DNA from: an uncultured Pseudomonadota bacterium
GTDB taxonomy: Bacteria; Pseudomonadota; Alphaproteobacteria; RF32; CAG-239
Assembly: GCA_949295995.1 (NCBI GenBank)
Contig: CASFNK010000033.1
Coordinates: 2,485 to 66,484 of the forward strand
Direction of reading: 5' to 3'
DNA: 64,000 nt
Both the position numbers and the translations under genes were made by a program. Shown here piece by piece: positions 19,274 to 29,991 of the stretch (position 1 is the first letter of the stretch; each line of letters opens with the position of its first letter). A model generated the notes under the pieces. It did not search any database and was not told where the DNA came from. It worked only from the letters and a program-made list of their open reading frames with translations.

Positions 19274-20620
19274 TTACTCCTCGGGCAAATCTAAATTCAG
19301 CAAACGGCTCAAGAAACGTTCTCCCGTTTCAATCACAAAAATATCAGGTTTATAATTAACAATCGTTTCTTTCATATATGGCAAGTCATAATCTCTGCCA
19401 TAACCGGTATAAATGTGGAGCATATTCTTAAAACTTTCCGCGGCATACCAATTCATCCGCAAAAACTGGCTATCGGCATAGAAAACAGCATTTAATTTAT
19501 TATTGGGATTCGAAGAAGAAAAATCATAAGTTTCGATTCTCTTTTCTTTGTCCACCATAGCATAAGAACTTTGAACGGTCGGCTTTTTAACTTCAAATTC
19601 ATCATAAGTCAACTCAGCCTTAGGTAAAACTTTATAAGCATCAATTCCCAAGGCCGAGGCAATATCCACATCGGCACTCACCTTGGGAACAATATTAAAA
19701 TCTTGTGTTTTCATCACTTTCAAATGAGGAAAATCTTTTTTTATGCGATTAAACAATTCCAGATAACCGACATAAGCACCTCGATGATTCCAGTGTGTAC
19801 CGGTCTTATAAAACAAGATATGCTTATTTTTTGCATTCATTAACGCCTCGCCCGGATACACAACCGAAACAAAAGAGCGCGCTTTCAAAAAGGAATAAAC
19901 CTGTTCGATTTTTGATATGGGATTTTCTTTTTCAAATCCGTCGGGATAAAATTCGGGATAAATACGTTCTTTATCGGGCACCAAAAACAGATAAAATTTC
20001 ATACCGTTTTTCTTTGCCCAAACAGAAATATGCTCCAAATTTTCTTGAATTTTTCGCAAATCGTTATTGCTGAACAAATCCTTGTTTTGGAACATTTCCA
20101 CCGAACCCCAACGTTTGGTAAACATCCACCCGTCTTTACCGCTCATAGCGGTTTCACTTTTGAGCTTGCGATTCAAAAACAAGTTAATTTCACTGTTCAC
20201 ATCAATAAAGAGTTTGCGCTGATTAAAATGGTCATTAAACCAAGCCTCAAAATCTCTGCCGTAATTAAAATTGATTTTACCGTCTTTCACCAAAGGCACA
20301 TATTCAGCTAAGGTTCTGTTTTCTTGTTGGCTGATTTTATCATGATTAATTTTTGAGATAGGAACAAACATAAAAGCAATAACAAAAGCCACAAATACAA
20401 TATCGATTCGCGAATTATGTTCAATAATTTTGAATTGCGCCAAATAATCCACCAATTTATAGCAAGCCAAACCAGCCAAAGTCAAAATAATGACAAAGAC
20501 CTTCCAGTCAAAAGAGACAGGCTCTCCCACCAGATAGAAATCACTTCCCCAAATCAAAATCAATAGGGTTAAGATGATAGCAATAATTACTCGACGCATA
20601 TAATATTTCCCAATTAACAA
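19274..20620 (-). CDS. AlgJ/AlgX-like SGNH protein with three N-terminal TM helices
   Basis: ENRTLA, VPDK, GTHWN, ADSQ. Directly upstream of the MBOAT gene. Start may be ATG 20599. Confidence 0.78.
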   Translation of the reverse strand: MLIGKYYMRRVIIAIILTLLILIWGSDFYLVGEPVSFDWKVFVIILTLAGLACYKLVDYLAQFKIIEHNSRIDIVFVAFVIAFMFVPISKINHDKISQQENRTLAEYVPLVKDGKINFNYGRDFEAWFNDHFNQRKLFIDVNSEINLFLNRKLKSETAMSGKDGWMFTKRWGSVEMFQNKDLFSNNDLRKIQENLEHISVWAKKNGMKFYLFLVPDKERIYPEFYPDGFEKENPISKIEQVYSFLKARSFVSVVYPGEALMNAKNKHILFYKTGTHWNHRGAYVGYLELFNRIKKDFPHLKVMKTQDFNIVPKVSADVDIASALGIDAYKVLPKAELTYDEFEVKKPTVQSSYAMVDKEKRIETYDFSSSNPNNKLNAVFYADSQFLRMNWYAAESFKNMLHIYTGYGRDYDLPYMKETIVNYKPDIFVIETGERFLSRLLNLDLPEE

Positions 20621-20675
20621 CTAAAGAGAGAGGGTATCATCATCTCTTCAAAAGTCAACGATACTTTTTAAAATA

Positions 20676-21620
20676 TCAATCATTTTCTGCCAAATAGGCT
20701 CTGATTTCACGTGCAATAAATTTCTTTAACAGCGGATTATAGTGCCCAATTCCGGGAGCAATTTTTAACTTTGAAAGAGGCATATTTTTATGCAACTGCC
20801 ATACCGAATACAGCGGACAATCCATATCCAAACGATTATGAATCAAGAGCGCCGGAATATTTTGAATTTTCTTCACATTGCGCATAATTTGGTTATTTTT
20901 CAAAGTATAGGCCTTAGCCGCATAATTCAGATAAATTTTCAACTCGGCATATTCATCTTCATCTAAAATTTCTTTTGTTCCGAAAGCAGGATGGACATTT
21001 CCCAAAATTCTTTCATACCAACCATATTGATTAGCCGCCGTTAAATTTTTTTGCAAATCATCGGCATTAATCAATTCGGCATAATACTCAGGCAAAGATT
21101 TCCAACTTCCGGCATTTTCTTGCATTTGTTCCAAAAATTCGGGATAAAAGAGTGCACTTTGTTTATCAAACCACTCGCTATGCACTTCGTCAGCCAAAAA
21201 CACTTGTGAAAGAAGGAGTTTATCAACCAATTCAGGATATCTTTCGGCAAAACACAACATCACGGTTGAGCCCCAAGAAGCACCGCGCAAAATCACTTTT
21301 CCGCTCAAGTTCAGATAATCATAAAGACGTTTGATATCCCAAATAATATCTTCCATGGAGTTATGTTTCATCTCACCTTTGGGTTCTGATAAGCCGCACC
21401 CTCTTTGGTCAAACATAATCACCCGATATTTTTTCAAATCAAAGATTTTGGCATGTCCTGCACTTGTTCTTCCCCCAGGTCCGCCATGGGTCAATAAAAC
21501 CACCTTTCCTTTTGGGTTTCCATATTCCGCAAAAAACACCTTATGTCCGTCAGCTTCAGGCAAAAAACCTTGATTAAAGGCTTTCGGTTCAAACAGTTTA
21601 TGCCAAAAATCTTTCCACAT
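20676..21620 (-). CDS. pip: Proline iminopeptidase-like alpha/beta hydrolase
   Basis: HGGPG, FDQRGCG, nucleophile motif GASWG, C-terminal GIGH. RBS aaggag precedes ATG 21620. Confidence 0.8.
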   Translation of the reverse strand: MWKDFWHKLFEPKAFNQGFLPEADGHKVFFAEYGNPKGKVVLLTHGGPGGRTSAGHAKIFDLKKYRVIMFDQRGCGLSEPKGEMKHNSMEDIIWDIKRLYDYLNLSGKVILRGASWGSTVMLCFAERYPELVDKLLLSQVFLADEVHSEWFDKQSALFYPEFLEQMQENAGSWKSLPEYYAELINADDLQKNLTAANQYGWYERILGNVHPAFGTKEILDEDEYAELKIYLNYAAKAYTLKNNQIMRNVKKIQNIPALLIHNRLDMDCPLYSVWQLHKNMPLSKLKIAPGIGHYNPLLKKFIAREIRAYLAEND

Positions 21621-21730
21621 ATTTCTCTCCTTTATTACGTCTCTTAGCATAAACAAAATAAAAATTTAGGCAATAATTTACTTTTTGAAACTATAATATT
21701 TTGCAAATCTACGAAGGAGATAAATAACTC

Positions 21731-22915
21731 ATGGCCTCTGAAATCTGTTTGCATAATGCCAATGTTCTGACCGGCTATTCCGTCATGAACAACTGTGCGG
21801 TTTTGTTAAAAGATTATAAGATTATTGATGTTTTCAATGAGGCTCGCTTTGCCAAGAAAAAATTCTCTCCCGACGTCAAATTTATTGATATGGAGCAAAA
21901 CTACATTGCCCCCGGACTAATGGACACTCATATTCACGGCATTGGAGGATTTGGAACTGATGACCTATCTCCCGATTCTATCCTCAAGATGTCTGAAATT
22001 TTACCCTGCTACGGCGTAACCTCTTTTATTCCCACGCTTTACAGTGCCCCAAAAAAAGAAATGATTAAGGCCATCAGAGCCGTTGTTTCGGCCATGGGAC
22101 AAGAAACCGGTGCCAAAATTTTAGGTCTGCACCTCGAAGGTCCTTTCATATCCCCTGACCGCCTCGGCGTCCAATCTGCCGATTCTTTAAGCCCGGTAGA
22201 TATTTCTTTAATGGAAGATTTTCTCAAAGCAGCCAAAGGTAAAATCATCAATATGACAGTAGCCCCCGAACTCAAAGGTATGAGGGAATTAGCTTTATTC
22301 TGCGTTTCCAAGGGAATTGTCCTACAAGCCGGACACACCAACGCCACCTATGAGCAAATGGTAGAAGGTATGCAAGTTCGTATTCTTCATACCACGCATT
22401 TGTTTAATGCCATGAGTCGTATGCACCACCGAGATCCAGGAGCGGTAGGAGCCGTATTTATCCACCCTGAAATGTCGTGTGAACTCATTGCCGACGGCAT
22501 TCATATCAACCCTGAGTTCATCAAATTTTTACTCCGTTGTAAACCGCTCGATAAACTTGTGCTGGTAACAGATTCGCTTAAAACCACCAAACAAAAAAAG
22601 TTACCTCTTATTGCCAATGGTGATGAAGTGTATTTGGATAAATGTTTTTACCGCAAATCCGATAATGTCATAGCCGGTTCGGCACTCACAATGATAGAAG
22701 GGGTTAAAAATTTAGTTTCGTTTGGTTTGAGCTTGGAACAAGCCATTCAAATAGCATCCACCAATCCGGCAAAGATTATGAGAAGAGAACATTTAGGTCT
22801 CATAGCCCCCGGCTATGATGCGGACTTAGTAATTTTTGACAAAGACTTCAAAATCAAATATACCATAATTAACGGCAAACTTTACAAACAAGGAAAAACG
22901 ATATGCGAGTTTTAA
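21731..22915 (+). CDS. nagA: N-acetylglucosamine-6-phosphate deacetylase
   Basis: [35 protein letters not shown]. Confidence 0.95.
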   Translation: MASEICLHNANVLTGYSVMNNCAVLLKDYKIIDVFNEARFAKKKFSPDVKFIDMEQNYIAPGLMDTHIHGIGGFGTDDLSPDSILKMSEILPCYGVTSFIPTLYSAPKKEMIKAIRAVVSAMGQETGAKILGLHLEGPFISPDRLGVQSADSLSPVDISLMEDFLKAAKGKIINMTVAPELKGMRELALFCVSKGIVLQAGHTNATYEQMVEGMQVRILHTTHLFNAMSRMHHRDPGAVGAVFIHPEMSCELIADGIHINPEFIKFLLRCKPLDKLVLVTDSLKTTKQKKLPLIANGDEVYLDKCFYRKSDNVIAGSALTMIEGVKNLVSFGLSLEQAIQIASTNPAKIMRREHLGLIAPGYDADLVIFDKDFKIKYTIINGKLYKQGKTICEF

Positions 22916-23700
22916 TCCAACCTGATTATGACAAATGCTCCCTCTGGACAGCGAATTATATAGCTTACCGAATACAAACTTTCCGCCCAAGCGAGAGTAA
23001 GCCTTTTGTTTTGGGCTTACCGACCGGCTCCACGCCTCTAGGAACCTATAAAGAATTAATACGCCTAAATCAGACTGGAAAAATCTCTTTCAAAAACGTC
23101 GTAACTTTTAATATGGATGAATATATCGGACTTCCGCCTGCACACCCGCAAAGTTACCACTACTTTATGGAAGAAAACTTCTTCAAGCATATTGATATCC
23201 CCCCGCAAAACATCAATATGCTCAACGGAATGACCCGCAACTATGCCGAAGAATGCCAAAGCTACGAAAACAAGATTAAATCCTACGGCAAAATAAATTT
23301 ATTTTTAGGCGGAGTCGGAACAGACGGACATATTGCTTTTAATGAACCAGGGTCCTCTTTGTCTTCCCGTACGCGTATCAAAACCTTAACCACAGAAACC
23401 ATTGAAGCCAATGCCCGCTTTTTTAATAATGATTTAAACCAAGTCCCCAAAACAGCCCTCACGGTTGGTATTGGAACAATTATGGACGCTGAAGAGGTAT
23501 TAATCATGGCCGCGGGCTCCAATAAAGCGCTGGCTATTCGCCACGCCATAGAAGAAGGCATAAACCACATGTGGCCGGTCAGCATTTTGCAAATGCACCA
23601 ACATGCCATTATCGTGTGTGATGATGCCGCCGCCAATAAATTAGAAGTCGACACCATCCGCTATTTTAAGGACATCGAATCTTCCAAAATTTTGAAATAA
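22903..23700 (+). CDS. nagB: Glucosamine-6-phosphate deaminase
   Basis: [26 protein letters not shown]. Confidence 0.96.
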   Translation: MRVLIQPDYDKCSLWTANYIAYRIQTFRPSESKPFVLGLPTGSTPLGTYKELIRLNQTGKISFKNVVTFNMDEYIGLPPAHPQSYHYFMEENFFKHIDIPPQNINMLNGMTRNYAEECQSYENKIKSYGKINLFLGGVGTDGHIAFNEPGSSLSSRTRIKTLTTETIEANARFFNNDLNQVPKTALTVGIGTIMDAEEVLIMAAGSNKALAIRHAIEEGINHMWPVSILQMHQHAIIVCDDAAANKLEVDTIRYFKDIESSKILK

Positions 23701-23707
23701 CAACCCC

Positions 23708-23738
23708 AAAAACGCTCTTAAAAAAGAGCGCTTTTTTT
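23708..23738. terminator. Bidirectional intrinsic terminator
   Basis: cgctctt-aaaa-aagagcg followed by a T-run and preceded by an A-run. Confidence 0.8.
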
Positions 23739-23753
23739 AAGATTTATCTCACG

Positions 23754-24494
23754 TTATTCCAACCAAAATTCGACTGTGGAGACCACGCGAACTTTCTTAT
23801 CAATTTGTGCGCTTTCTTGTGCATTAGCCGTTTGCTCTCTTGGCAAAATAGAAAAGACGCCTTGTTGAGCTCTGCGAATTTTGCCGACTTTGCTATCTGA
23901 ACTTTTTGCAAATTCTTGCGCTGCCGCGGTTGCGTTTTTGGTTGCTTCTTCCAACATCTGCGGTTTAATTTCGTTTAAGCGAGTAAAGATATAAGAAACG
24001 GGTGAACCATATTGGTTATCCAAAATCACACCTTTTTCCACCAATTCTCCGGTCTGGCGCAAAGCATTTTCCACCGCATCGACCTTTGTTGAGCGTACGG
24101 TTACACTTTGCGAAATAATATAGCGCACCGGATTAGAATTATTATCCCGATAAGGATTGGTCATCAAATCATTGGTTTCCACTCTTCCTTCAATAACTTC
24201 GGCATCATCAAAACCTTTTTCTTTCAAAAAAGTACGTACTTGCGCCAAATTGGCATTAATTTGTTGCTGTGTTGAGAGCAAATCCATACCTGTTGCCACA
24301 TAGCGAATATTCCACACCGCCAAATCGGCACGAACATCCATTTCCGCCAAACCTTTAACGCTGACAAAATTGTTTTTCAAAACAGCTTGATAATAAAAAT
24401 ATCCGGGAAAGAAGCCGCCGCACCCAAGCCCTAAGGCAATAAGCAAAGCGCACCAAAATTTTCCGCCGCATTTGCAATTTGTTTGATTTTCCAT
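23754..24494 (-). CDS. SIMPL (DUF541) domain protein
   Basis: VSVKGLAEMDVRADLAVW ... IKPQMLEEAT ... KKVRVVSTVEF. Confidence 0.85.
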   Translation of the reverse strand: MENQTNCKCGGKFWCALLIALGLGCGGFFPGYFYYQAVLKNNFVSVKGLAEMDVRADLAVWNIRYVATGMDLLSTQQQINANLAQVRTFLKEKGFDDAEVIEGRVETNDLMTNPYRDNNSNPVRYIISQSVTVRSTKVDAVENALRQTGELVEKGVILDNQYGSPVSYIFTRLNEIKPQMLEEATKNATAAAQEFAKSSDSKVGKIRRAQQGVFSILPREQTANAQESAQIDKKVRVVSTVEFWLE

Positions 24495-24514
24495 AATTGC
24501 ACCTCTCAAATAGA

Positions 24515-25480
24515 TTAGCGTTCCAAATTCCAAGTTGTCTGAATAATATCATCAATATTGGTATATTTAGGCTCCCAGCCCAAGAGCTCACGGGCTTTAT
24601 CTGAGGAGGCAATCAACACCGCGGGGTCTCCGGGGCGGCGGTCCGCATATTTCACATTTATTTTCGTACCAATCACACGTTCAGCCGCCTCAATCATCTC
24701 TTTGACAGAGGTTCCCTCACCCGTACCAAGATTAAGCACGGCTGAAGGCATTCCTGCAATTAATTTTTCAATTGCCAAAACATGTGCCGTTGCCAAATCG
24801 CTGACATGAATATAATCTCTGATGCAAGTACCGTCTCGAGTATCATAATCGCTACCAAATACCGACATTTCGGCTCTCACGCCGGTTGCTGTTTCCATGA
24901 TAATCGGTAACAAATTCTGCGGATTTTTTTCTTTTCCTTTAATATCGCCATCCGCATCATAGCCAACGGCATTAAAATAACGCAAGGCAACGTACTTAAT
25001 TCCTTTCAAGGTATCATACCAATCCATAAATTTTTCAATTTCCAACTTGGTAAAACCATAATAGTTAATCGGCTTTACTGGGTGTTTTTCATCTACTGGC
25101 AAATATTCTGGCATTCCATAAACCGCAGCCGAAGAAGAAAAAACAATATTTTTGACATTATTATCGGCCATTGTCATTAAAATATTGAGCGACCCTTGAA
25201 TATTATTGAGAGAATATTTATTTGGATTTTCCATAGATTCACCAACGGCTTTTTTGGCAGCCAAATGCACCACGGCATCAAACCCTTGGCTCATCACTTC
25301 GCTCAATCTGGTATAATCCAAAATATCGCCTTCCTCAAAATCAGCCATATCAAACAAATTAATCTTTTGTCCGGTAGAAAGGTTGTCAAACACACAAACT
25401 CTATGACCGCTTTGCAGCAAGGCTTTCACCACATGACTTCCGATATATCCGGCACCACCGATAACTAATACTCTAGCCAT
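24515..25480 (-). CDS. galE: UDP-glucose 4-epimerase
   Basis: GGAGYIGSH, SSSAAVYG, YGFTK, LRYFN, DGTCIRDYIHV, RRPGDP. Confidence 0.94.
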   Translation of the reverse strand: MARVLVIGGAGYIGSHVVKALLQSGHRVCVFDNLSTGQKINLFDMADFEEGDILDYTRLSEVMSQGFDAVVHLAAKKAVGESMENPNKYSLNNIQGSLNILMTMADNNVKNIVFSSSAAVYGMPEYLPVDEKHPVKPINYYGFTKLEIEKFMDWYDTLKGIKYVALRYFNAVGYDADGDIKGKEKNPQNLLPIIMETATGVRAEMSVFGSDYDTRDGTCIRDYIHVSDLATAHVLAIEKLIAGMPSAVLNLGTGEGTSVKEMIEAAERVIGTKINVKYADRRPGDPAVLIASSDKARELLGWEPKYTNIDDIIQTTWNLER

Positions 25481-25483
25481 AAT

Positions 25484-26791
25484 TTATCCTCTCTTTCCAA
25501 TACAAGAATAAGTAAAGCCCAAATTTTGTACTTTTTGAGCATCCAACATATTACGCAAATCCAAAATATTAGGAGATTTCATAATTTGCTTGAGTTGAAC
25601 CAAATCAAGAGTGCGAAATTCTTCCCACTCGGTTAAAATAACGACCAGCTCTGCATTTTGGCAAGCATCTAAGGCCGAATTTGCATAGCTGACTTTATCT
25701 CCCAAAATTGCCTTAGCATTGCTCATTGCTTTTGGGTCAAACACGCATACATTAGAATTATGCTTCAAAATTTCTTGCAAAATCTGCATAGCCGGAGATT
25801 CTCTGCAATCATCGGTTCCGCCCTTAAAAGCCAATCCCAAGACGGCAATTTTTGCTTTAGGATTATGGTTGACCATCTCAATCGCACGCAAACCCATTTT
25901 AGCCTTGCGCAAATCATTTTGTTCAATGGTTGTTTCGATTAAAGATAAATGCACACCATATTTTTTACCCATTTGCGCCATGGCATTTGTGTCTTTGGGG
26001 AAACAAGAACCGCCATACCCGGGCCCCGGATTTAAGAACTTTGCACCGATTCGGCTATCCAATCCCATACCTTGCGCCACTTCTTTGACATCGGCACCGG
26101 CTTTTTCGCAAAAGTCCGCCATTTCATTAATATAATGAATTTTCATTGCCAAGAAAGCATTGGAGGCATATTTAATAGCTTCCGATGACTTGCGGTTAAC
26201 CAGTAAAAACTTGGTCTTACCTTCAAAAGGTTTGTAGAGTTCAAGCAAGATATCACGTGCTTTTTGCGAATTTGCCCCGATAACGATTCTATCGGGATTA
26301 AAGAAGTCATGGATAGCAAAACCTTCACGCAAGAACTCAGGCAAAGAAACCACATCAAAATCAGCACTAGGATTTGTTTTGCGAATAAGCTCTTCCACAT
26401 CATCACCGGTTCCGACCGGAACGGTTGACTTCGTTGCCACCACGGTATAGCCATCCAAATACTGAGCCAACTCGGTTGCCGCAGCATGAATATACTTCAT
26501 ATCTGCTTCTTTGGTAACGGGATGAGGCGGTGTTCCGACAGCAATCAACACCACATCGGCACCCTTAATTCCTTCGGCCATAGAAGTCGTAAATTGCAAA
26601 CGACCTGATGCCACATTTTTTTGAAATAAGTCTTCCATTCCGTCTTCATAAATGGTAACTTTTCCAGACTTCAACGAATTAATTTTTTCTTCAATTTTAT
26701 CAATACAAACCACATTATTTCCGAGTTCAGCCAAACCGACGCCTGTTGGCAAGCCGACATAACCCGTACCGATAATTGCAACTTTCATCAT
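25484..26791 (-). CDS. ugd: UDP-glucose 6-dehydrogenase
   Basis: GTGYVG, KSTVPVG, PEFLREG, GYGGSCFPKD. Confidence 0.94.
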   Translation of the reverse strand: MMKVAIIGTGYVGLPTGVGLAELGNNVVCIDKIEEKINSLKSGKVTIYEDGMEDLFQKNVASGRLQFTTSMAEGIKGADVVLIAVGTPPHPVTKEADMKYIHAAATELAQYLDGYTVVATKSTVPVGTGDDVEELIRKTNPSADFDVVSLPEFLREGFAIHDFFNPDRIVIGANSQKARDILLELYKPFEGKTKFLLVNRKSSEAIKYASNAFLAMKIHYINEMADFCEKAGADVKEVAQGMGLDSRIGAKFLNPGPGYGGSCFPKDTNAMAQMGKKYGVHLSLIETTIEQNDLRKAKMGLRAIEMVNHNPKAKIAVLGLAFKGGTDDCRESPAMQILQEILKHNSNVCVFDPKAMSNAKAILGDKVSYANSALDACQNAELVVILTEWEEFRTLDLVQLKQIMKSPNILDLRNMLDAQKVQNLGFTYSCIGKRG

Positions 26792-26872
26792 TAGTCCTTA
26801 GTATTATTAGTAATTACTCAGATAATAACAAAATCTCTTCTAAACACAACCGTGAAATCAGACTTTCCACCA

Positions 26873-28465
26873 CTAAGACAATATCCCCATTGCCACTCTT
26901 AAACCATCCACGGCCGAAGAGACAATTCCTCCGGCATATCCGGCACCTTCCCCGCAAGGATAAACCCCAATAATATTGGATTGTAAATCTTCCCCTCGGA
27001 TAATGCGAATTGGCGATGACGAACGGGTCTCGATAGCAGTCAACACCGCATCGGGATGGGCAAAACCGCGCAATCTTTTGTTCATCTCGGCAATTGCCAA
27101 GCGCAAAGTCTCGGCAACATAATCAGGAAACAATTCACTCAAATCACACCATTTTACCCCAGGCGTATAAGACGGTTTCACGCTTTTTGCTCCCACGGAG
27201 GGACGATGAGCCAGAAAATCACCCACCAACTGTGCCGGTGCAAAATAGTTTTTGCCACCCATTTCAAATGCTTTTTCTTCCAAAGCTCTTTGCCAATACA
27301 TTCCTTGCAAAGGATGCTCTCCGCCAAAATCTTGCGGATTAACGCCTACCAACAAAGCAGCATTTGCATTAATATTATTGCGGGCAAATTCACTCATTCC
27401 GTTTGTAACCACGCGAGATGTTTCGGACGCCGCCGCCACCACTTCGCCTCCCGGACACATACAAAAAGTATAGGCCGAACGCCCATTAGGCAAATGCACT
27501 GCCAATTTATAATCAGCGGCTCCAAGCTCCGGACGACCGGCATAACGCCCATATTGCGTTTCATCAATCATACTTTGCAAATGCTCAATTCTGGCACCGA
27601 TAGAAAACGGTTTTTGCTCAATTTTGATACCTGAGTTATAGAGCATTTCAAAAGTATCGCGCGCACTATGCCCCAGTGCCAAAATTAGTTTATCTGTTTG
27701 AATTTGATATAGGCTTCCGTCTGCTTTTTGAATTTGCACGGCACAAAGTTGGTTATTTTTTACTTCTAATCCGACCAACTTTTCCTCAAAACGATATTCT
27801 CCGCCCAAAGAGGTAATTTTTTTGCGAATATTTTGTACGACATGAACCAGATTATCGGTACCGATATGAGGCTTTGCCAAAAATAAAATTTCTTGCGGGG
27901 CTCCGGCATCAACAAATTCCTGCAAAACTTTTGCACTCAAAGCATCTTTTTTAATACCGGTCATGAGCTTACCATCCGAAAATGTTCCGGCACCGCCCTC
28001 CCCGAATTGCACATTAGAGCTCGGGTTTAATATTCCTTTTTGCCAAAAGGTTTGCACGTCTTTTTGCCGCTCAGGCACAGGCTTTCCTTGCTCAATAATC
28101 AGCGGATTTTGTCCCCCCTCAGCCAAAGCAATTCCAGCAAACATACCTGCCGGCCCGCTGCCAACAATCACCGGACGCAGTTTTGAGCGTATTTTAGGCT
28201 CAATCACCAACATAGGCTTAGATTTAATCAGCTCCACATCTTTCCACACCAAAATCCCGGAGATATAATCTTCATCGCCCCAAACTTCCATATCAATCGA
28301 ATACACAAAATGTACATTCGTTTTATTACGAGCATCGACGGATTTTTTAGCAATTTTAATTGCTTTAATATTTTCGATATCCAAGCCGGTTTTCATAGAA
28401 ACGATTTCTTTCAAGCCTGCTAAATCGACACTTAAATCGGCTTGTATATTATTTACTCTAATCAT
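26873..28465 (-). CDS. Conserved NAD(P)/FAD-dependent oxidoreductase
   Basis: GSGPAG, QFGEGGAGTFSDGKL, PHIGTD, FCMCPGG, GEGAGYAGGI. Confidence 0.88.
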   Translation of the reverse strand: MIRVNNIQADLSVDLAGLKEIVSMKTGLDIENIKAIKIAKKSVDARNKTNVHFVYSIDMEVWGDEDYISGILVWKDVELIKSKPMLVIEPKIRSKLRPVIVGSGPAGMFAGIALAEGGQNPLIIEQGKPVPERQKDVQTFWQKGILNPSSNVQFGEGGAGTFSDGKLMTGIKKDALSAKVLQEFVDAGAPQEILFLAKPHIGTDNLVHVVQNIRKKITSLGGEYRFEEKLVGLEVKNNQLCAVQIQKADGSLYQIQTDKLILALGHSARDTFEMLYNSGIKIEQKPFSIGARIEHLQSMIDETQYGRYAGRPELGAADYKLAVHLPNGRSAYTFCMCPGGEVVAAASETSRVVTNGMSEFARNNINANAALLVGVNPQDFGGEHPLQGMYWQRALEEKAFEMGGKNYFAPAQLVGDFLAHRPSVGAKSVKPSYTPGVKWCDLSELFPDYVAETLRLAIAEMNKRLRGFAHPDAVLTAIETRSSSPIRIIRGEDLQSNIIGVYPCGEGAGYAGGIVSSAVDGLRVAMGILS

Positions 28466-28523
28466 TGTATAAGTTATATTTTCCTTGCCAAAATAAATAT
28501 TTACCTATAACATTCTACACGTT

Positions 28524-28835
28524 ATGAGAAAGTTAGTCAGCATATTTATTACCGTTGCGTTATTAATATCTGCTTTTGATATTATAGACGTGAACGATAT
28601 AACACTCAATGGTAAAGAAATTTTTACCACAGACAATGCATGTGCCGACCACGATGAGGACGACTTAAGCAACACGGAATTTCATATTTCAATTTCGCCA
28701 CAAATCATTTATAACTTGCCGGCGCCGATAACTTTTTATCCTAAAATCTCAGACAAAGAAAAACACTTTTTCCCACAAGATATTCTGAATTTACCCAAAC
28801 TTACAGTAAGCCTCTATCGCCCCCCGATTGCCTAA
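28524..28835 (+). CDS. Small exported/membrane protein ending in RPP (DUF2946-like leader peptide candidate)
   Basis: Signal-like N-terminus, CADHDEDD patch, C-terminal LYRPPIA. Confidence 0.6.
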   Translation: MRKLVSIFITVALLISAFDIIDVNDITLNGKEIFTTDNACADHDEDDLSNTEFHISISPQIIYNLPAPITFYPKISDKEKHFFPQDILNLPKLTVSLYRPPIA

Positions 28836-28881
28836 ACGATATTTTTTTTGCACATCGTTAACACAATTAAAGAGGAAATTT

Positions 28882-29550
28882 ATGGCAAATAACATTAATG
28901 TATTTGTTCTTTGGGCGAACGGTCGGCATAAGGAAGCCGAAATTCTATCCGCCATCAGAGAACATTTTGAAATTCTGCAAACTTATGAAATTTTTTGGAA
29001 TTCAAAATATTTCACCCAAAATCTCAGCCGCTTTTACGGCAAAAAACTCCCCAATGCTTTTCGCAAGAAAAAGCTCTGCGGCACGGGCAGTTTTTTGGTA
29101 ATTTGCGTCAACGACCCCAATCCGCAAATTCAAAACCAGAAAAATCTAAATTTGACTTCCGCCAAACACCGTTGCCGTCAAATTTTAGGTGGAAATTATC
29201 TCCATGCCAGCGACTATAAAACCGAAGCCGAAGAAAACCTTCTGTTGCTGACGGGATTATCGCCGTCAGAACTGCCGCAAACACCGCATTCCCAAGCACT
29301 GCAACCGATTGTTTTGCATCAAGACTTAATCGGCACCCCCGCTTGGGAAAGTGAGACGCAATTATTGAACTTTATTGCCAAAATACCGCAAATTAAATTC
29401 AGCGCACCCAATACCATTGTAAGCCAAGACATCACACAAACCGCACGGCTGCTCAATGCCCGCAAAAAGCTCTTCTCGCTAAACCGTGAGCGTTACCTCA
29501 TTAAGGTAAATCACAAGAACTGCGAATTTTTGCTCAAAGAAGCGGCTTAA
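28882..29550 (+). CDS. Hypothetical protein
   Basis: RBS gagg precedes ATG 28882. Motifs NLSRFYG, CGTG and YLHAS recall an uncharacterised domain I associate with glycan loci. Confidence 0.6.
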   Translation: MANNINVFVLWANGRHKEAEILSAIREHFEILQTYEIFWNSKYFTQNLSRFYGKKLPNAFRKKKLCGTGSFLVICVNDPNPQIQNQKNLNLTSAKHRCRQILGGNYLHASDYKTEAEENLLLLTGLSPSELPQTPHSQALQPIVLHQDLIGTPAWESETQLLNFIAKIPQIKFSAPNTIVSQDITQTARLLNARKKLFSLNRERYLIKVNHKNCEFLLKEAA

Positions 29551-29870
29551 GCCTCATCATCGTCGGCCTCACTGTCTTTATCTGAGGCCGACAATATTTT
29601 CCATACGCCTTTGCGATACATCCACAAATTGATAACCCCGAGCACCACGGATAACGAACCGAACAAATAGAGCAAATAATACCAGTTCAGCTCATTAGCC
29701 GACATCATCACATCTTGCCCGCTGACACGAATAAAAGCGATTGCCACCGCCGTAATCAAAAAAGCCACAATAAAAGCCAAAGTCCAAATTTTGTTGACAA
29801 TCACCTTTCGTACCGTAAAAGCCGTCAACAAATAAACCAAAATCAGCGCCAAAAACAAATAAACTTCCAT
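29547..29870 (-). CDS. Small membrane protein (three TM helices), hypothetical
   Basis: RBS aaggag, hydrophobic helices, acidic tail. Confidence 0.7.
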   Translation of the reverse strand: MEVYLFLALILVYLLTAFTVRKVIVNKIWTLAFIVAFLITAVAIAFIRVSGQDVMMSANELNWYYLLYLFGSLSVVLGVINLWMYRKGVWKILSASDKDSEADDDEA

Positions 29871-29942
29871 TTTCTCACTCCTTAAAAACATAATCTAAAA
29901 GCAAGATATAATCTCAGTCCGGCAAAAATCACCCTTAGCAAT

Positions 29943-29978
29943 AAAAAAAAGAGCTGCCCCATAAAGAGGCAACTCTTT
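29943..29978 (-). terminator. Intrinsic terminator after 29992-30258
   Basis: Minus strand: aaagagttgcc ... ggcagctcttt followed by a U-run. Confidence 0.75.
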
Positions 29979-29991
29979 CGTATTTAACCTA

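Noticed and set aside
27056-27634. Long antisense ORFs (also 40041-40610, 42245-42802, 48888-49469, 49646-50197)
   Set aside because: Shadow frames opposite well-supported genes, with no recognisable motifs.
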